Of a stretch of DNA of 64,000 nt, positions 23,414 to 34,500 are shown in pieces. Origin of the DNA: Diplonema japonicum (Eukaryota > Protista > Euglenozoa: Diplonemea). A model generated the notes under the pieces. It saw only the letters and a list, made by a program, of their open reading frames with translations. It made no database searches and was not told the origin of the DNA. Made by a program: the position numbers and the translations under genes. Each line of letters begins with the position of its first letter. Positions within the stretch are counted from its first letter, which is position 1. The stretch lies in NCBI GenBank assembly GCA_964019335.1, contig OZ025741.1, positions 248,001-312,000 of the forward strand, in the 5' to 3' direction.

Positions 23414-26378
23414 CTAAAGATTACCAAACTCATCGCTCAACCGGCCACGCTGAATTTGTTTTTTTTTCCCCCTCTTTTTTTTTTTTTTTTTTTTTCCCCA
23501 AACAAAATACCTTTGCAGTCTCCTCTTCATTTGCTTGGAAGGATCTCTTACGGCTTCTCGAGGCCGGCTGTAATATTATCAATTATTGCATTTTTTTTTT
23601 TTTTTTTTAAAACCCTTCCCATCATACCTCTTGTAAAGCCGTATTTTTCACAGACTGGTCCACGCCAGCCCCAGACTGCTGCATGAACGAGGGAATGGGG
23701 TTCGGTGTCGAAGATTCCAGCGAAGCTATTTGGCTTAGTTTCCTCTGCCTTCTCCGCTCTTCCAACGTAGCACGTTCACCATCAGGCGTCCCAGAAGTCA
23801 TAGCCTCATGCCTTGCCGAAGACATCGTATGCTTTAAGAAAGAAGGGGTAGCTTGTCCCGGCGTCTTAGCCGCCTGCTGGGGTGTGGACGACTGTATCCT
23901 CGGGGTGTTCGGCCCACCCCTTGGCGTGTTCACACTGGTGGACTCCTCTTCGGTCTTCTTAAAAGCAGACCTGGAGCTCAGCGTTGCTTTCATGTATGAG
24001 GGTATAGCCCCCGGAATCATTGTGTTGGCACGCCTCATGGGACGTGGCGGATGCTGCTTCCTACTGTTTTGGCTGTTGTTCGGCGCAACACGAACCTGCT
24101 GCTGCGGTGCGGAAGGTGCGGGTCCTGGTATGCCAATTGCAGGCACGGTAGCTGCTGGTAGCGGTGCCACGTTTGGAACAACAGCAGGGGTCGTCGTGGG
24201 TGGTACGGGTGCCACTTGTACTGATGTGGACTCGCTTCCAGAGCTCATATTGGTGTCCCCGCTTTGGCTTCTCTTGTCCATGCCTGTTGACCTTCTTGGT
24301 TTCTCCAAGTAGTTGATGCCCAGCCCTACACTAGGGCGTGCCTTCTTCGTGCTGCCATCCGGTTCATGCATGCACACTGTCATGGTGGTCAGTGTGGTGG
24401 GGGTGAAGCCCTCGGGCATGGCATCTGCGTCGTGTTTAGAGGGTGTCAGGTGTTTTTTGTCAAGCTCGTCGTTGCTGAGCAGGTCCTGCACGCTGCTTGT
24501 TTCGACTATGTCTGACAGGGTCTTCCACTTCTTCCCCATCTCGAGCTGTTCCCTTATCCCCGCCACGTCCTTCGCGTTGCGCTGTTTCAACATTTCTTCG
24601 ATGTTTTTGTTGGTGTCCATCCATGATCCTTCCAAGTCGTGGTAGCGCTGTTCCCAGTACTTCTCGCGGGACTTGTGATATTGCAGCCAGGAGTCGGCTT
24701 GGAGCTTGTCCATCCTAGCGGAGTATGGGAAGGCAACGCGTTCGGTGTACCTCTGGTCGGCGGGGGTGAGGAAGGGGATCTTGTTTTTAAGCTCGAGATC
24801 TGCTTTGTTGATGTTTTGGAGGTCCGCCTTGGCGTTTGAGATTTCACAGTCAGCGACGGACACCTGCGACTGCATCATGACGATGTCGGCTTGAAGAGTA
24901 ACAATACGGACAGGCTCCTGCCCGCCTTTCGCTGCACTGGAGTGCTTCCAGCGAAGGATCTCCGCGTGGGTTTTCCTCAGTTTTAAAAGCGTCTCGCTCC
25001 GGACATGCTCGTGCTCCGCGATTTTCTTCGCCACCTCGTACTGGTTTGCGGCGACCCCGCGCATTTTCTCTTCCAGATCCAATGCTTCTGGCGACACGCT
25101 TTCCTCGGTGCCCTGTTTCCCCGCCTTTTCCATCAGAGCTTTCGACGCCGTTCGTTGCTCGGTCAGCTGTTCCTGAAGGTAAGCAACTTGGTTCTGCAGG
25201 TTCTCAATAATGGATTTGTACCTGCTTACGTGAGCGTGGACGGTGGTCTCGTTTTTCTTCAGCGTCACCTGAATGTTCTTAGCACGGTTGGCGTATTTCA
25301 GCGCGTTGTGCGTGTCCTCGTACGTCAAGAAGGAAGGCGATATGTTGGTGATCATGATGGTCTTGCAATTCCCGCCAAGTGAATCTTTCAACATCCTAGT
25401 GAGCTTCGAGTCTCTGTACCCAATGTATGAACCTGGTTTCGACGATGCAAGGGCATTGATAACGTTACCGAGAGCAAGGAGAGATTTGTTGATATTGGCG
25501 CCTTCTTTAAGACGGAGACCGCGGTTTTCAGTTGCAGCCGCACGTTCAGAACCAGCGAGATCGATGAGCGAGAGTTTTCCGACTTGAGATGTGGTGTCGA
25601 CACCAGAACCCTTGGGTTTCGTCTGCACGAGGAGCTGCAGGATGGCGTGGGAACGGCTTGATGCTTCGTTGACGTTGGTCTCTGCTTTCACGCGTTTCCC
25701 GTTTCCTTGTTCGACCAGACGCATGACATCTTTACCGTCTACTGGTTCCCACCATGTTAGCCCTGCAACTTGGCCGCCTTTTTCACCCTCTCTGAAATCC
25801 AGGGCACGCTGTTCTTCAGAGAGGAGGTCTCTTATCGTTTCGTTGTACACCTCGCTGTAGGAAAGTTGAAGGACTACGTCTTGGCTTTCCTTGTGAGATT
25901 CCGCCATTTGAAAAACTTCCGCAACTGCCATGGGGATGACCCCGGGCATGGATTGCTCGTCGCCCATCATTGTGTACGTCTTCCCAGCGCCGGTCGCTCC
26001 ATAGCAGAATACACTGCTGTTGTAACCGTTGAAGATGGACGGTAAGAGATCCTTGACCGTGCCGTTGAAGATGTCCAGTTGTGACGATGTTGGGCCATAT
26101 ACCCTATCGAAGACGTATGAGTGCGGCTTTCTACGTTTTGTGCCTGCATGGTGCGCGCTGTCCTCTTCTGGGTGCAGGAAGATGACGTCGTCCTGTACTT
26201 CTACAATGTTCTTGTGTTTTGACTGGGAAAGCTCAAAGGTGTTCTCTGGCCGCACTCTTATCGCAACTTCTATCCTCGCAGCCATGCCGGTGTCCTCAGC
26301 CGGTGGTGGAGGAACTTCCTGCTGCAAACCTGGTGACGGTTGTACCTCATGCTGTAGAACTTCTCCGTCCACTTCCAT
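23414..26378 (-). CDS. Kinesin-8-like (KIF18/KIF19/Kip3-type) motor; join(23414..23449,23511..23567,23628..26378), 947 aa
   Basis: YGATGAGKT, SSRSHA, LIDLAGSERA...RLKEGANINKSLLALGN, YEDTHNALKYANRAKNI. Two short terminal exons splice in phase. Confidence 0.88.
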
Positions 26379-27117
26379 GTTTTGTTGTTGTTGTTGTTTT
26401 TTTTTTTTTTTTTCTTTTTTTTTTTTTTTTAACCCGTTTTCAAAAGAGAGAATAAATGAAAAGAAACTCGATAAAATTTCAGTGTGCATGGGGGTGCTCA
26501 CTGTTCAGGTAGAAATGCACACTAACCGGTCACCGTTCTGCGGTTGCTGTCTGGTGCCTGCGGTGGCTGTTTGTCGCGATGAGATGGACGGCATCTGGGC
26601 GAGAAACATTGCTTTTTGGAGTCGTGCTAGGTAGGGGGGGGTTTGGCTCGAGGAGAAGAGTGGTCTCCTGTTTTAGCCGTGTGCCGTCGGGCCCCCAAGA
26701 TGTCGAAGGGTATGCACCCTTGATTTGGCGTTGGCGGGGAAGGCTGACCTTCCACAGCGTGCTGAGCATTTCTGGATGCGACCCAAGATGTATCGCATCC
26801 TTGCGGCCTTCTCCGTGAGCAGGTCTTGATCGTCGAAGAAAAAAAAAGGGAAGGGGGGAAAGATGAAGTAGAGCGAACGAGGAAAGAAAGGCTGCCTCAA
26901 AAAAAAAAAAGAATTTAAAAAAAAAGGAGAGGGGGGTATCTTCGCACCGCCCTCCCTTTTTTTATTTTCATTCTTTTTTTTTTTAAATATTTTTTTTTTT
27001 CCCTCCCATTGGGTAGGGAACGGGAAAAAAAAAAAAAAAGAAAGGCGACAAAAAAAAAGGGCGGAAAAAAAAAAAAAAAGTCGATGTCACAGAGCCGCAG
27101 GCCCCTAGAAGAAGGGG

Positions 27118-27260
27118 AGGGGGTATGGCCAGTACTAGGTATCTCTCAGTTTCGGACATATCTCGCAACTCCTCCAGGTGCTGTCCTCATCGATAGGCGA
27201 GAGGCACCCTTCAATGGCTCCTACTAGTGTCAGCAGGTTGGAGAGTACTGTTCCCGACCA
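27118..27260 (-). repeat. Dispersed fragment homologous to the 3' part of the pogo-like element at 57318-58753
   Basis: 27231-27260 is the reverse complement of 58414-58443 with one mismatch. GAAGGGTGCCTCTC and GCGAGATATGTCC are also shared. Confidence 0.7.
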
Positions 27261-27448
27261 CAAAAAAAAAAAGATTTTAACGGCTGGCGCTTGTTGTCCG
27301 ATCGCGCAATACTATCGCGCAAACCAGGTAGCTCACAACAAGAAGCTGTGCCATGCTGTTAGAATGCTGACCGACTCTGTCAAAACGTGAAATAATTTCT
27401 TGATATTTTTTTTTTCTTACCACAAAAAAAAAGGGGGGGGTCGAATTT

Positions 27449-27985
27449 CTACCAGCTCCCGGGAGTAGGCAGAACAACGATTTTATCATTCTTGTTCTCA
27501 GAGTGGAACTGAAGGTTCATCCCTTGGCAGATGCAAGTCATGCGATGGGTGGTGGGGGTTGCTTCACACTTTGAAGATGCGAGCCACCAGTTGTGATAGT
27601 CAGCATAGCGCCCCTTCCCCATGCGGAAGTTTGTGCAGACTGCGGTGCGGCCCCTCATGGTGATGGTGAGGTTGCCGAAGACAGCAAATTCGAGTTCATG
27701 GGGGAGGGGTTCTACCTCGTGTTGGGTGGCGAGAGCGTTCACTACTGCCAGCCCGTCGATGAACTCTGCTGCGACCTCGGCACTTCGCCTGTCACCGCAT
27801 CTCACGTTCACACCGTTCTCCTTATGAGAGACTCCTTCCCACTTCTCCCCTTTGCCTACTGCGTGGTACGTGGCTTCGAACCGAGCTGTGACTGTCACGT
27901 TCGACTCAAAGTACATCCAGTTGTTCTTCACCTCTGCGGAGACCACAGAGGCCATCATCAGGCAGACTGCTACTATCGTTTTCAT
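27449..27985 (-). CDS. Secreted 178-aa protein of unknown family, tandem copy 1
   Basis: Signal peptide MKTIVAVCLMMASVVSA; clear paralogue of 28693..29229. Confidence 0.85.
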   Translation of the reverse strand: MKTIVAVCLMMASVVSAEVKNNWMYFESNVTVTARFEATYHAVGKGEKWEGVSHKENGVNVRCGDRRSAEVAAEFIDGLAVVNALATQHEVEPLPHELEFAVFGNLTITMRGRTAVCTNFRMGKGRYADYHNWWLASSKCEATPTTHRMTCICQGMNLQFHSENKNDKIVVLPTPGSW

Positions 27986-28631
27986 TTTTTTTTTTTCTTT
28001 TGGTTTGGTTTTCTCCCCCCCCTTTTTTTTATTTGCTTGTTTTTTTGTGGGGGTTTCATATTTTTTTTAAAAAAAAGGAAGGAAAAATTCGGACGGTTTT
28101 CCGCTAGCAGATTGAGCAAAAAAAAAGGGGGGGGGGAGAAGAAGATGAGGGGAAGACGTTATAAGGCATCACAGTATTTTCTTTTTCTTTTTCATTTCGG
28201 TAGACCAGCCGGAAATCAGGCCATGATCGGAAATCTCAAATTGCTGCGTGTCGGGATTTCAAAACCCGACGGTGATCGGTTAACGGGTTTCTTTTTTTTT
28301 TTTTTTTTTTTTTCTTGTGAACATTGTGAACGAGGCCCATTTTTTAAGAAGGAAAAAATAATGAAAAAGAATTTACTACGGTCTTTTTGTGGGCGAGAGT
28401 AGGGGGAGGGGGGGACGGGAGCGAGAAAAACTGCATAGTGAAAATCCCAATGAGCTTTTTTTGTTTTGTTTTCTTTTTTTTTTGTTTTTTTTTTTTTTCT
28501 CCTCCATCTTTCTTTCATTTCCAGCAGCGGCCTTGCAGGCCTGTGCGGATCCGAAAGAAGAAAGAAAAAATGGAAGAGAAAGAAAAAAAAAACCAGAAAA
28601 GAAAGCCAGATTTTTCGGCTTTTTCTACGAT

Positions 28632-28675
<44 letters not shown>

Positions 28676-28692
28676 CTTTTTTTTTTTGTTTC

Positions 28693-29229
28693 CTAATTGC
28701 CAGGAGTAGGCAGAACAACGATTTTATCGCTTTTATTCTCAGAATGGAACTGAAGGTTCATCCCTTGGCAGATGCAAGTCATGCGATGGGTGGTGGGGGT
28801 TGCTTCACACTTTGAAGATGCGAGCCACCAGTTATCATAGTCAGCATAGTGACCCCTCCCCATGCGGAAATTTGTGCAGACCGCCGTACGCCCTGCCATA
28901 GTAATGGTAAGGTTCCCGAAGATGGAAAAGTCAAGTTCGTGTGGGAGCGTTTCTATTTCGTGTTGTGTTGCGATTGCGTTCACCACTGCTAGCCCGTCGA
29001 TGAACTCTGCTGCGACCTCTGCACTCTTCTTCCTTCCACACTTCACGAGTACTCCGTTCTCTTTGGCCGAGACACCTTCCCACTTCTCCCCCTTTGTTAC
29101 TGTGTAGTAATTGGCCGAAAAATTAACAGTGACAGTTACATTCGACTCAAAGTACATCCAGTTGTTCTTCACCTCTGCGGAGACCACAGAGGCCATCATC
29201 AGGCAGACTGCTACTACCGCTGTTTTCAT
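28693..29229 (-). CDS. Secreted 178-aa protein of unknown family, tandem copy 2
   Basis: ATG at 29229 follows an A-tract; many synonymous differences from copy 1 with the frame preserved. Confidence 0.85.
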   Translation of the reverse strand: MKTAVVAVCLMMASVVSAEVKNNWMYFESNVTVTVNFSANYYTVTKGEKWEGVSAKENGVLVKCGRKKSAEVAAEFIDGLAVVNAIATQHEIETLPHELDFSIFGNLTITMAGRTAVCTNFRMGRGHYADYDNWWLASSKCEATPTTHRMTCICQGMNLQFHSENKSDKIVVLPTPGN

Positions 29230-29253
29230 TTTTTTTTTTTTTTTTTTTTTTTT

Positions 29254-30718
29254 GAGAATAACTACAAACACGACAAGCGAATTTGGATTTTCCACCAAAC
29301 TCTGTAACCTGTTTTTTTTGCCCTTTGTCCACGGTAACTCGAATATATTTCTCTATTGTTCACGGAAACTTGCAATTTCATATCCACCTAACACGTTTTC
29401 AAAATATTTTGTCCACGGTAACCACTTTTGAAATCCACCAACCACGGCAACTTGGCATATTTCCACCATCCACGGTAACCTCGAAAATTATTTCCCATCA
29501 TCCACGGTAACCTCGAAAATGTTTCCCACCATCCACGGTAACCACCAAGGCTTTTTCCACCTTCCACGGTAACTTCAAAAATTATTTCCATCACCACGGT
29601 ATCCTCGAAAAGTTTTTCCACCTTCCACTGTCCTTTACTTGACTGACTCCAAACCTTTATCACTACTTACCACAGCCTTCTTTGATTTATTTTTATTCAC
29701 AACCACGTTGCACGGCGTTCTAACTGACCCCCTGGCCAAGGACACCGTTTTCGCCACAATTGTGGGGACGGCGGTGGCCCTGTTTGGGTTTGACGAACGC
29801 AGAGCCAAGCAGAGCGTCAGAAAAAACAACCGTGCCACCATTTCTTTCCCTGTTGGCAATTGCAACATGCGGATTTGCGCCGCTGTCTCCACCAAGAATG
29901 ACGCAAGCCACAGTTTCGAAAGTGGCAAGCACACAACGTAGGTGGGCCTTGGGTTCTGCTCAAAGGGCCACAGTCTCTTTCTCTGAGTGGTGCCCAGGGG
30001 GGGGGGGGGGGGGTGAGTGTGCTGCAGGGTTGGATGTGTTGAAAACACCCTGCGTCCACGTTTGTGCTGTGGCCCGCGGGGCACAAGAACCACTTGGATC
30101 TCCTTCCCAAGTGTTTGCGGGTCGCCGCTTGGCGTTTAATGTATTTCGCCACCCCCCGCCCGCCTTCTGTCAGGGTCCTGTGTGAAGATAACCTCAAGCC
30201 CCCCGTTGTAACTCAAGAACGGGGAGACCCTCGTTGGGGGATAAGAGGAAACTGAGCGAAGGAGGGGACACACCTGCGGCAACTGCAAGAAAGTGGGGCA
30301 CAATGCCCGTTCTTGCAAGAACCCCCACCACTCGACTGCTGCGTCACAGCCGCAGACTCCTAGAAGTGCTCTTCTGAGCTGAAGCAGACCCAGCTAACGA
30401 AGTGTCATAGTGTAGAGTCATCCCCCCCCCCCTTTTTTTCCTTTTGCCTAATCATTTATTGTTGTAGTGCGTTCTATATTTCGCCAAATAGTCAAAAAAA
30501 CGAAAATGCGAAAGGTTCCGTGTTTGGTGGAAATTCGAAATTAGGTTTCCTAGAGGAAACTTTTGATGGTTTACAGGGAACGGTGGAAAATTGAAATTGG
30601 GTTTCCGTGTTTGGTGGAAATTCGAAATTAGGGTATCATTTTTGGTGGGAAAAACGAAATTGGGTTTCCGTGTTTGGTGGAAAATTTTCATTTGGTTGTC
30701 GTGTTTATAGTTTTTCTC
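29254..30718 (+). mobile_element. Degenerate Mutator-like (MULE) element with inverted subterminal repeat arrays
   Basis: TIR GAGAA(T/A)AACTA(C/T)AAACACGACAA. ~30-bp unit arrays at ~29290-29630 (TTTCCACCATCCACGGTAACC) and inverted at ~30510-30685. Remnants of a SWIM finger (C...KTPCVHVCAV) and a CCHC knuckle (CGNCKKVGHNARSC). Confidence 0.8.
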
Positions 30719-31540
30719 TCTTTTTTTTTTTTTTCTTTTTTTTTTCCCCCCTCCTTGGAGTGTTTCAAATTTTGATGAAAATACTGTAAAGGGGAACGCA
30801 GACTGCTTGCTAGGACGTGCCATTTCAAGGCAATTCTGCGCGTCGTTCTCTAGTGGGAAGCTGAGCATCCGCAGATTATTTGCATGGGTAAAACCAGCTA
30901 TACAGCAATAAGAAAAAAATAAAAAAAATAAAAAATAAAAAATATGTGGACCTCGTTATGGCACCCGCAGAGCGCTTATTGGATATCACTCACGACACTC
31001 GCGGAGAGGATCGGAGGATGAACCAGACAAGGGGCGGCATCAACAAGACATCACACATCGAACATTGCAGGGGAGAGAAAGAGAGAGAGAGGGAGAGAGA
31101 GGGGACAAATATTTCTTTTTTTTTTTTTTTTTTTTTTATTTTCTGATACTCAGAACGCAAACATGGAAAATAAAACATTTTATCTTGCTTCTGCATAGAA
31201 ATATTTGGAAGAGAGGAAAGGGGGGGGGAGAACCGAGATTTCGAAGCGGAGAAAACAAAAAAAATCAGATTGTTTAACCGAAATGGCAACGTAAAAAGGG
31301 GAAGGGGTGAACGAAGGAATGGAGGAAACAAAGAAAAAAAATAATAAGAGGAGGGAAAGGGGGGGAAAAAATTCCCCTTTTTTTTTCCCCCTCCCCTAGG
31401 AATTGTAAGGTGGGGGGGGGGGGGGGGGGGGGTTGCGGGAAGAGGTAGGGGGAAGAAAAAAATAAATAAATAAAATGATAACAAGCATTTCTTTCATTAT
31501 TCTTTTTTTTTTTCTCTTAAATTCTTAAAATACTGGACGC

Positions 31541-34500
31541 TTACTGCTGCTCCTTGGCTGACAAGTCCTCCTCAGCAGGGTACGGCATGACAGTCTCACG
31601 CACTACACGGTGGAGGACGAAGCACAACGAGATGGTGAGCATGCCCCAGGCGTAGATGGTGAAGGCCCAGGAGTAAGAAGGCCTGGTGATGTACTGCAGC
31701 TCACCGTGAAGAAGCGCCATGCCACCACCACGCGACTCCGAACGGGCAGATTCGTCCAGGAAGAGGCACCCGTAGGTGTTGGTAGACATCTGGTTGGTGT
31801 GCGCCCAGGCCGCAAGCACGAGGATCCACGCGAGGGTCAAAAACGCAGCCGACACAAAGATCATCTTCCCGAAGACAGCATGATGGGGCAGGAACGAGTA
31901 CAGGACCACAGCCACCATACCAATGCCAAGGAACAGTGTCCCCGACACAGCAAGCCCTGCAACGGTCTCCATGTCGCCCTCGAGGTCGCCCTTGGGGCAG
32001 ACATCGCCGATCTTGCGGCAGTTGTCGCCGCCTTCAAAGGTGGAAGTCTTGGGGAAGGCGCACTTCGGGGCGGAGAAGTCGGAGAGCGTCACGTCCATCT
32101 GCACAACGTGCACCTTCGAGTGCTCTGCGAAATCCCCAGACTCAGCCAGCACAACGGTGTGCGAGTTCGCGATGAACATCCCCTCCACAGAGCCGCCGGT
32201 GATCTTCTCCGCAGCGCCCTCCACGCTGTTCACGTCGAACACCTTCTTCGTGGTCACCGCCTTGATCCCTGCCGCAGCGAGGTTCACAGCAGGGTTCAGG
32301 GCCAACGCACCCCCAGCCACAACCACCCTCTCGATGGAGTCCAGCGTCGCATCGGAAGCAATGTTGGTACCGGTGGAGAAGTCGGCCTCCCTCAGGATTA
32401 CGGAGACGCCTGCGGGGCCGGACGTCGCGCGCTCCATCAGCAGAACCTTGTCGTCGCTCAACCAAGCAGCGGCACTGAAGCGCACGTCGGCCTGGGTGTT
32501 CGTGGCGTTCCTGAGCGAGGCAGGGTACTCACCCTCGGCGTCGCTGAGCAGCACCACCTTCTGCATGATGACAGAGGGGTTGGCGTAGTCGGTCACGTTC
32601 AACATGATGCAGCGCACGGCGTTGGAGTTCAGCAGCGTTGCGTCCCCACCGGTCAGGGGCGACTCAAGGCAGGCAACCACCTTGTCCTTGTCAGCGTTCA
32701 CAGCGAGAGAGCCGAAGCCCCTGCCAACGCGTCTCTGGCGGTAGATGGCTGGGATCACGGCCTTCACGTTAGCACCACCCCCAAGGGCAGCAGCGTCCGA
32801 GGTGTAGATGGCCTGGATCTCACCGGCAGCGTTCCAGATCGCGATCTCGGGACCGAACTGGTCGGCACCGATGAACATCCCCTTCCCGAAGGCCTGCACG
32901 TCGCCCATGTTCAGCCCGAAGCTGGCAGGGGTAGCCACAACGGTGTTGGCGGGGCAGGTAGCGACGGTCCAGCCGGCGGCACCCCCGACGCGGGTGACCT
33001 CGTTGTCGGTCGTCGAGAGGCCGGCGAGGACGTTGTTGCCGCTGTACTTCAGGTTCGCCCAGGAGTCGACGTGCACGACGGTAGAGGAGGCTTCGTTGGT
33101 GTACGTGTTGCCCAGCCTCAACTTCGCAACGGCGGGGGAGAAGCCCTGAAGGGCAAGCACGGTGGCGCCGTTGCAGTCAGCAGAAGGACCGCGGCCGGTC
33201 ATGGCGTACAGCTCACCGCTGCAGTAGTCGTAGGTGAGGCCGCTGAGGCCAGGGGCGTCGTTGCAGAAATCACCGGTACCGGTGGCGCAAGGCTGGCTGC
33301 AGTTCGTGCAGGTCAGGTCCGTGGTGAGGTCGGGGTTTACAGTTCCGGCAAGGGGCTGGGCAGGGAGCGTGTAGCTGGTGAGCTTCTTCTTGGAAGAATC
33401 AACGAAGTGGTTGTCGTGGGGGAGGACGTTCACGTCGCCGGAGCTCACCTCGTTGGCCAAGCTGAAGTCCCACGTAGCTCCGTTCTGCTCTTGCTCAAGG
33501 ACGTGGAAAGTGAAGCTTTTCAGGGGCTTCATGCACCTCTCGGCGTGTCCGGCCCTTGCCTTGCAGGAGTTGATCTGGGGGCACTCCACAGACCAAGCGT
33601 GCGACCTGCAGCCCGCCTGCGTGCACCTCGCCCACGCGTTGCTGTACACCTCATCGGACTCGTAACCGGCACTGCAGCTGAGCTCCAGTTCGGAAGCGCA
33701 CTGGGCAATGAAGGTGGCGTTGCAGTTCTGCGGCTGCGAGGCGAAGCTGTGGTCCTTCTTGAAGTCGTCGCTGCACATCTCCCAAAGACCAAGACCGAAT
33801 TCCTTCCTGCCCCTTTCCTCCTGTGCGTACCTCATACGCCTCCACTGCGAGGTGGGCAGGGCAAGGGTCATGGCAACGAACGCGAGGATGCACAGACCCC
33901 AGGCTCCCGCTGACTGAGGCCAGTCCGACACCGTTGCGGCAATCCTCTTCGCCTCCTCCTCCTTCAGCCTCATCTCCTCCATGTCAACCTTGTCCTTTTC
34001 CAGGTCACCGCCCCACAGCTGCATGAAGTTGGGGAGCTTCTTCCCACACAGCTCTTCGGCCCTGAGGATACTTCCCCTGGTGAGGAGGTCGGCCCTGTTC
34101 CTGCGGACCCAGATGAGGACGAGAATGCTGAAGACGATGATGGCGACAGGGACCCCGACGGCAACGAGCACCTCCCAACCAGCAATGGAAAGGGCGATGA
34201 CGAGACCGGGCATGGCAAGGAAGGCAAGCAGAATGTAGGCAACGGGGAACCAGCGGAGGTTGGCGGCGGTATCGCCCATGAACTTGGCGAGGGCGAGGGG
34301 CACGGGACGGAGGGGCCAGATCATGAACCACACCACTGTCCCGAGGACGTTGAAGAAGACGTGCTCCAGGGCAACCCTCATCCCAATCACGACGTTGTCG
34401 CTCGACAGGGCAGACAGCACACCGGTCACAGTGGTACCGATGTTGGCACCGTGCGTCAGGGCAACGAGCTTCTCAATGTGGATGAGACCGATCCCGACAA

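Noticed and set aside
26500-26830. LINE thumb-like (STSWGP) or kinase Gly-loop-like (LGRGGFG) fragment
   Set aside because: Single short words without supporting neighbouring motifs; left unassigned.
29290-29630. CRISPR-like array of ~30-bp repeats
   Set aside because: No unique spacers and no cas genes; it is the subterminal array of the MULE, mirrored at ~30510-30685.
30782-30910. Possible MITE (TACTGTA...TACAGCA)
   Set aside because: Terminal match of only ~6 bp and no second copy seen.
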